Below are positions 59,997 through 64,000 of a stretch of 64,000 nucleotides of DNA, one piece after another. The translations under genes were made by a program, and so were the position numbers. Source of the DNA: Tubiluchus corallicola (Eukaryota; Animalia; Priapulida); the NCBI GenBank assembly GCA_030141605.1, contig JAQGDQ010000058.1, positions 1 to 64,000 of the forward strand, read 5' to 3'. Below the pieces are notes generated by a model that was not told where the DNA came from, searched no databases, and saw only the letters and a list, made by a program, of their open reading frames with translations. The stretch's first letter is position 1. The number at the start of each line of letters is the position of its first letter.

Positions 59997-60544
59997 CTAG
60001 ACACAAGACAAAAACGTGAAACAATAACAATTTTTTTAAAGATAAACACTTTTTTCACAAGTGCTTTTTTGCCAACAGATGGTACCACGGGAATCACATG
60101 TAATATCAAACACCAGAGCATTTATGGTACCCACATAACCTAGCCGTCTACAGAGATTTTACAAAGGCAGCAAAGCTTCAAACATAACTAAGGTGTAAGG
60201 AAAGCTGTCACGAACTCCAAAACTAACCAAATGAGTTTGCATAAAGTGAATGTGAAAAATTAAAAATGTTAACTGACAAAGTGTTAAGTTAACTTAATTT
60301 TAATTGGCATTTAATATTTCCTTCGAACAAGTTTGTTGGGATTAATGTAGTAGAAGAGTACATGGCTTATCGTATTTCAGAATTGCATAGTCTTAACTAA
60401 TACGTTAATAAAATTGTTAGTTATAAAAAAGACTTAATGAAATCACATCTGGATTTTAAGCAAACATTATTTATACAAAAATAAAACCAAACTCCAGAAA
60501 TATGTGAAAAGTATTTTAAATAAGACATATTTTATTTGTCTTAC

Positions 60545-60704
60545 CAACTGCAATACCAGGTGGACCCCCAACCACTCCGCCAACACATGCAGCACTGCCG
60601 GCTATGGCACCCCCTTTTAATGATTCCTTCACGGAAACTCTAATGTCTTCCTCTCGTGACAAAGTAGTCAAAAGCTGAATTATGTCGCCAACAGCAAGTA
60701 CCAT
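60545..60704 (-). CDS. C19orf12: C19orf12 (nazo-like) homolog, coding exon 1; 139 aa in total
   Basis: MVLAVGDIIQLLTTLSREEDIRVSVKESLKGGAIAGSAACVGGVVGGPPGIAVG, the glycine-zipper GGPPG motif of C19orf12; TTG|GTAAGA donor, 160 nt. Confidence 0.9.
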
Positions 60705-60801
60705 TTTGCTTTGCTACAAATCTCTCCTAAAAATAATTACATAACCACTTTAGTATCACATGCACCCAGTCTTAGTTGATTAGAGCTGGGGAACTGAAGT
60801 A

Positions 60802-62005
60802 CAGTAGGCGCCGCTTAATAGAATCACTTTGGGACCAAACTGTTTTGACCCAATTAACTGACTGAATCTATTAACCGATGGGTTAGTATTACTGGTATAG
60901 AAGTATGAGTCATCAGCTTAGTATGCACTGAAAAGGTTTTAATGAATTTTAGAAATGAAGTAATACCTAAATTCCTTTGTGCAGTTAAAAATTTTAAAAA
61001 AATATTTTAAAATATTAATTTATATAAATGAATTAGCAATAAATTAAAAGTATACATTTCCAAATTTCACAAGTCTGTTTATTTGCAAAAATTATAAATT
61101 ACAAATTGCAAAAAAAGTCAGCTGCTTCATTTTTTCACGAAGAAGTTGGCTCACAATGTACTCATAATTATAAAAATTTGGAAAATCTGTTGCTGTGAGA
61201 TGCACGTATTCTCGTAAAACATTTAGTGCTTGGCCTGCTTGAGCCTCTTAGATGCTACATTCTCATTTTGGCTTACTGACTGCTCAATTTCAGATCATCT
61301 GATTCAAAATTCTGCCGAGAGTACTTTGGGAATTTCAACTGCGCTGCTGCACGACACTGCCCCATCTTTGGAAGTTTATCTTACTGCTCTAAAATTTTCA
61401 GTTTTTCCTCAACTGTTAGATCTCCTTTACGCTTATGCTTCATTTTTTAAACTTCTTAATTCTACAATCTTATTTACTGTATGATGTTTACTCTTGTAAG
61501 TCACAAGGAATACTGGCTGACTACTTTGCATCTTTGACCATTAACTGATTAAGCGTGAAAGCGTGATTTGCAAAGAGAGTTTCAAAAGGAAACAGCCAGA
61601 CAAGTGATTAAATGTTTAGCTTCTAGAAATTCTTGGGTAATGAGGTTAATTGCAGTGGACGAGCAGGATCAGATTCAAAAGAAAAACTGTTACGCTAGCG
61701 TATTAGCACATAATAAACGTACCTGCTTACAAACAAAACTGTACTTAACATGATTGTTTCTACATATATTATAGAGCACAAAGTGAAGTAAAGATGACAT
61801 AAAAGTAGGAAAGGCTCTTTGGGCACATACAATGTTTTATTTTTAGTATGTGAAGGAAAATACTGAGTCAGTTATGTGGAGTTATTTGAGTCAATTACCG
61901 ACGGTTATTATGAACATTTGGATAGAAGCAGCCGGTACCAGGCATTTCTGAATCAATTAAGCAATTGAGTCTATTAACCGTGAGTCTATTAAGCGGCACC
62001 TACTG
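60802..62005 (-). mobile_element. Internally deleted pogo/Tigger (Tc1-mariner superfamily) element
   Basis: TA TSD on both sides; TIR CAGTAGGYGCCGCTTAATAGA; minus-strand remnant from 61443, MKHKRKGDLTVEEKLKILEQ*DKLPKMGQCRAAAQL, resembles the CENP-B-type N-terminal HTH of pogo transposases. Confidence 0.88.
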
Positions 62006-62163
62006 TACTTGGAAATAAAGCTATCTACGGCATTTGCCGTCCTTACTGTTTTGTTACAAAAAAGCTATCAGATGGCATATATGTAGTGTAGCATAGGTAT
62101 GCAGTGCCTATAAAAAAACATTAAATTAAACTTATTGATGACAATAATTACACTATACTTTAC

Positions 62164-62345
62164 CGGCGATGTAAACACACGTGCATCAATGGAAGTTTTC
62201 ATGAGAAGGACCCGGATGTGAAAACAACTACGCCAACATCCAATCAAGAGCCTGCAGAGCTGAGCACGTGATTCAGTATATTGCCTATTAAGGTCTATGC
62301 ACGTGATCCGCTCGTGTTAACAAGACAATAACCAATCAGCAGTGT
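62164..62345 (-). promoter_or_regulatory. Probable 5'UTR exon and promoter of the C19orf12 homolog
   Basis: Minus-strand CCG|GTAAAG donor at 62163 could pair with the TTTTAG acceptor at 60727-60728; CACGTG E-boxes and CCAATC boxes nearby. Confidence 0.45.
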
Positions 62346-62445
62346 GTAGGTGGGTCATGTCATCTGTCCAGAGTAGTATTTAAGGAGGACAGATCCAGAG
62401 GAGGACACATTCGCTGCTGACAAGGTCTGATATCACAAGGCCTGA

Positions 62446-62560
62446 TAACAAACTCTGCTAACACAAGAGTTGCTAACAAACTCTGCTAACACAAGAGTTG
62501 CTAACAAACTCTGTTAACACAAGAGTTGCTAACAAGCTCTGTTATCTCAAGAGCTGCTAA
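62446..62560. repeat. 28-bp tandem repeat TAACAAACTCTGCTAACACAAGAGTTGC, four copies
   Basis: Units at 62446, 62474, 62502 and 62530 (last diverged); each carries an internal AACTCT/AGAGTT inverted pair. Confidence 0.88.
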
Positions 62561-64000
62561 TTATAAGCCCTGAACCATAATAAAGCAATTAAATAAATAA
62601 TTCAATGTTGCAAAATTGTCTATCAAAGCCAACATTTCTCCAATGTCAGTTTTTCTGCTATTAACTTTAAGAACTAATTTGTGCCGAAGTGTGCCTTAGG
62701 CTTAACAGTCAGATGAACCCAAGCCATTGGTCCAAAGTACCATCATCTGCACACCTTTCTGTTACGTGAACCCCTAGCCGCGTTACAGTAGTCCTATGCA
62801 GACATTCATCTAGAAAAGCTTGTAGAGTCCATAATCATTATAATAGGTAACATGGGTAAATAAATCATGTGACAGAGCTTGTCAAAATCACTGAACAGAC
62901 AAGTAAGGCAAAAAGATTTCCCATTTTAGAATTCTGCCTGCCCAATGTCTACAATAGACGTGACGGGCGTATGATGATGACGATGATGACAGTGTAATTT
63001 TTTGCAATACACCCAAAGAAAGGGCATATTCCGCATAGCGTTTACTGCTTTTTTATTTTTTGCAAATAGGTATTGCATTTAGGGATGTTAATGATGACGA
63101 TACGAATCGATGATCATATTGATATGGAAAATTTGTTGTACAATTGATTAATTAAGTTGTGTCAAGTTGCAAAGTCGAACAGTCATAAATTGTATTGGTC
63201 ATAAGTCAGGTGACTACCTGTGATTTAGACTACCGCACAAAGCTACCAATTACCATTATCAACAGAACTATAATAAGATTTTTGGAGCTTTAAAAAATGG
63301 TATAAAATTTGGGATAAAATGGTATAAAGTTTGTATATATAGCACATTTCAAAAAAAATATACAAATAGTTAATTGGACATTTTTGCATAGGTGTCAGAG
63401 AAATCTATATTTTTTAACGTATAACTTCTAAGTGTTAAAAATTAAAAAGCAAATTAGTAAGTCATTACTAAATTGTGTTACCACTTACATAAATATGTTT
63501 TAAATTCTACTTATAGGGCAATAATAGTTGTGAGCAACAAGCAAATTTTTAACACATGAAAATTTCTTGCTTGTCTGTGTGGAATCTATGGTGACAAGCC
63601 CTTATGAGGCCTAATTTCTGGCAATCAATGAAGCTAAAACTAATTGAATCTAAATAAATAAACTAAATATATTACGCCAATTAACACACTCCCTCAAATA
63701 GCTATCCCGAGAGTACCAGAGAAAAAACTTTTAGGCGCACGCCCTGTTGGGTAAGTGCACAGTATACTTCTTGCCACAAGAGCAACCGGAGATTAAACAA
63801 TTACAAACTCTCAGACACTGATACTACACAATTCTTCGGCGCTATTACACTTTCGCACCTCCTAGTTTTTTCTGGCCTACTGTTTGTTTTCACGCCTGCA
63901 AGCCAGAAAGCAGACCAACAGGCGTAATATACACCATATTCCCAGAATATTGTTGGTTTTTAGGCCTTACAATTCCAGATTAAAGTCATACATTACTTAC

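Noticed and set aside
62446-62560. CRISPR-like array (28-bp partly palindromic repeats)
   Set aside because: Units are directly adjacent with no unique spacers, there are no cas genes, and the context is eukaryotic. The same applies to 45466-45670 and 55526-55645.

Overview
AT-rich, intron-rich animal (invertebrate-like) genomic DNA, not prokaryotic. Three protein-coding genes can be reconstructed by hand from GT-AG exons with consistent phases. (1) A septin-7/peanut orthologue on + has 12 common exons (24358-46396, 473 codons) and two or three alternative N-terminal first coding exons (12081, 16539, possibly 7254). (2) A BTB-BACK-Kelch gene on - (about 611 aa, almost all in one exon, 49820-52482) converges on the septin. 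(3) A C19orf12/nazo-like gene lies on - (139 aa, 59737-60704). Introns and intergenic DNA carry non-autonomous DNA transposons with recognisable TIR/TSD (hAT, piggyBac, pogo/Tigger, Kolobok-like), LINE remnants and micro/minisatellites. The most interesting signals are in septin RNA processing: a candidate 2-nt microexon that would restore the frame of one N-terminal isoform, a CAG|GTGAG ratchet-like site at the midpoint of a 10.8 kb intron, candidate poison and alternative terminal exons, and a long fold-back in the 3'UTR. Two fold-back duplications (1-2207 and 12879-13990) may be long-read assembly artefacts. All splicing models are inferred from sequence alone.
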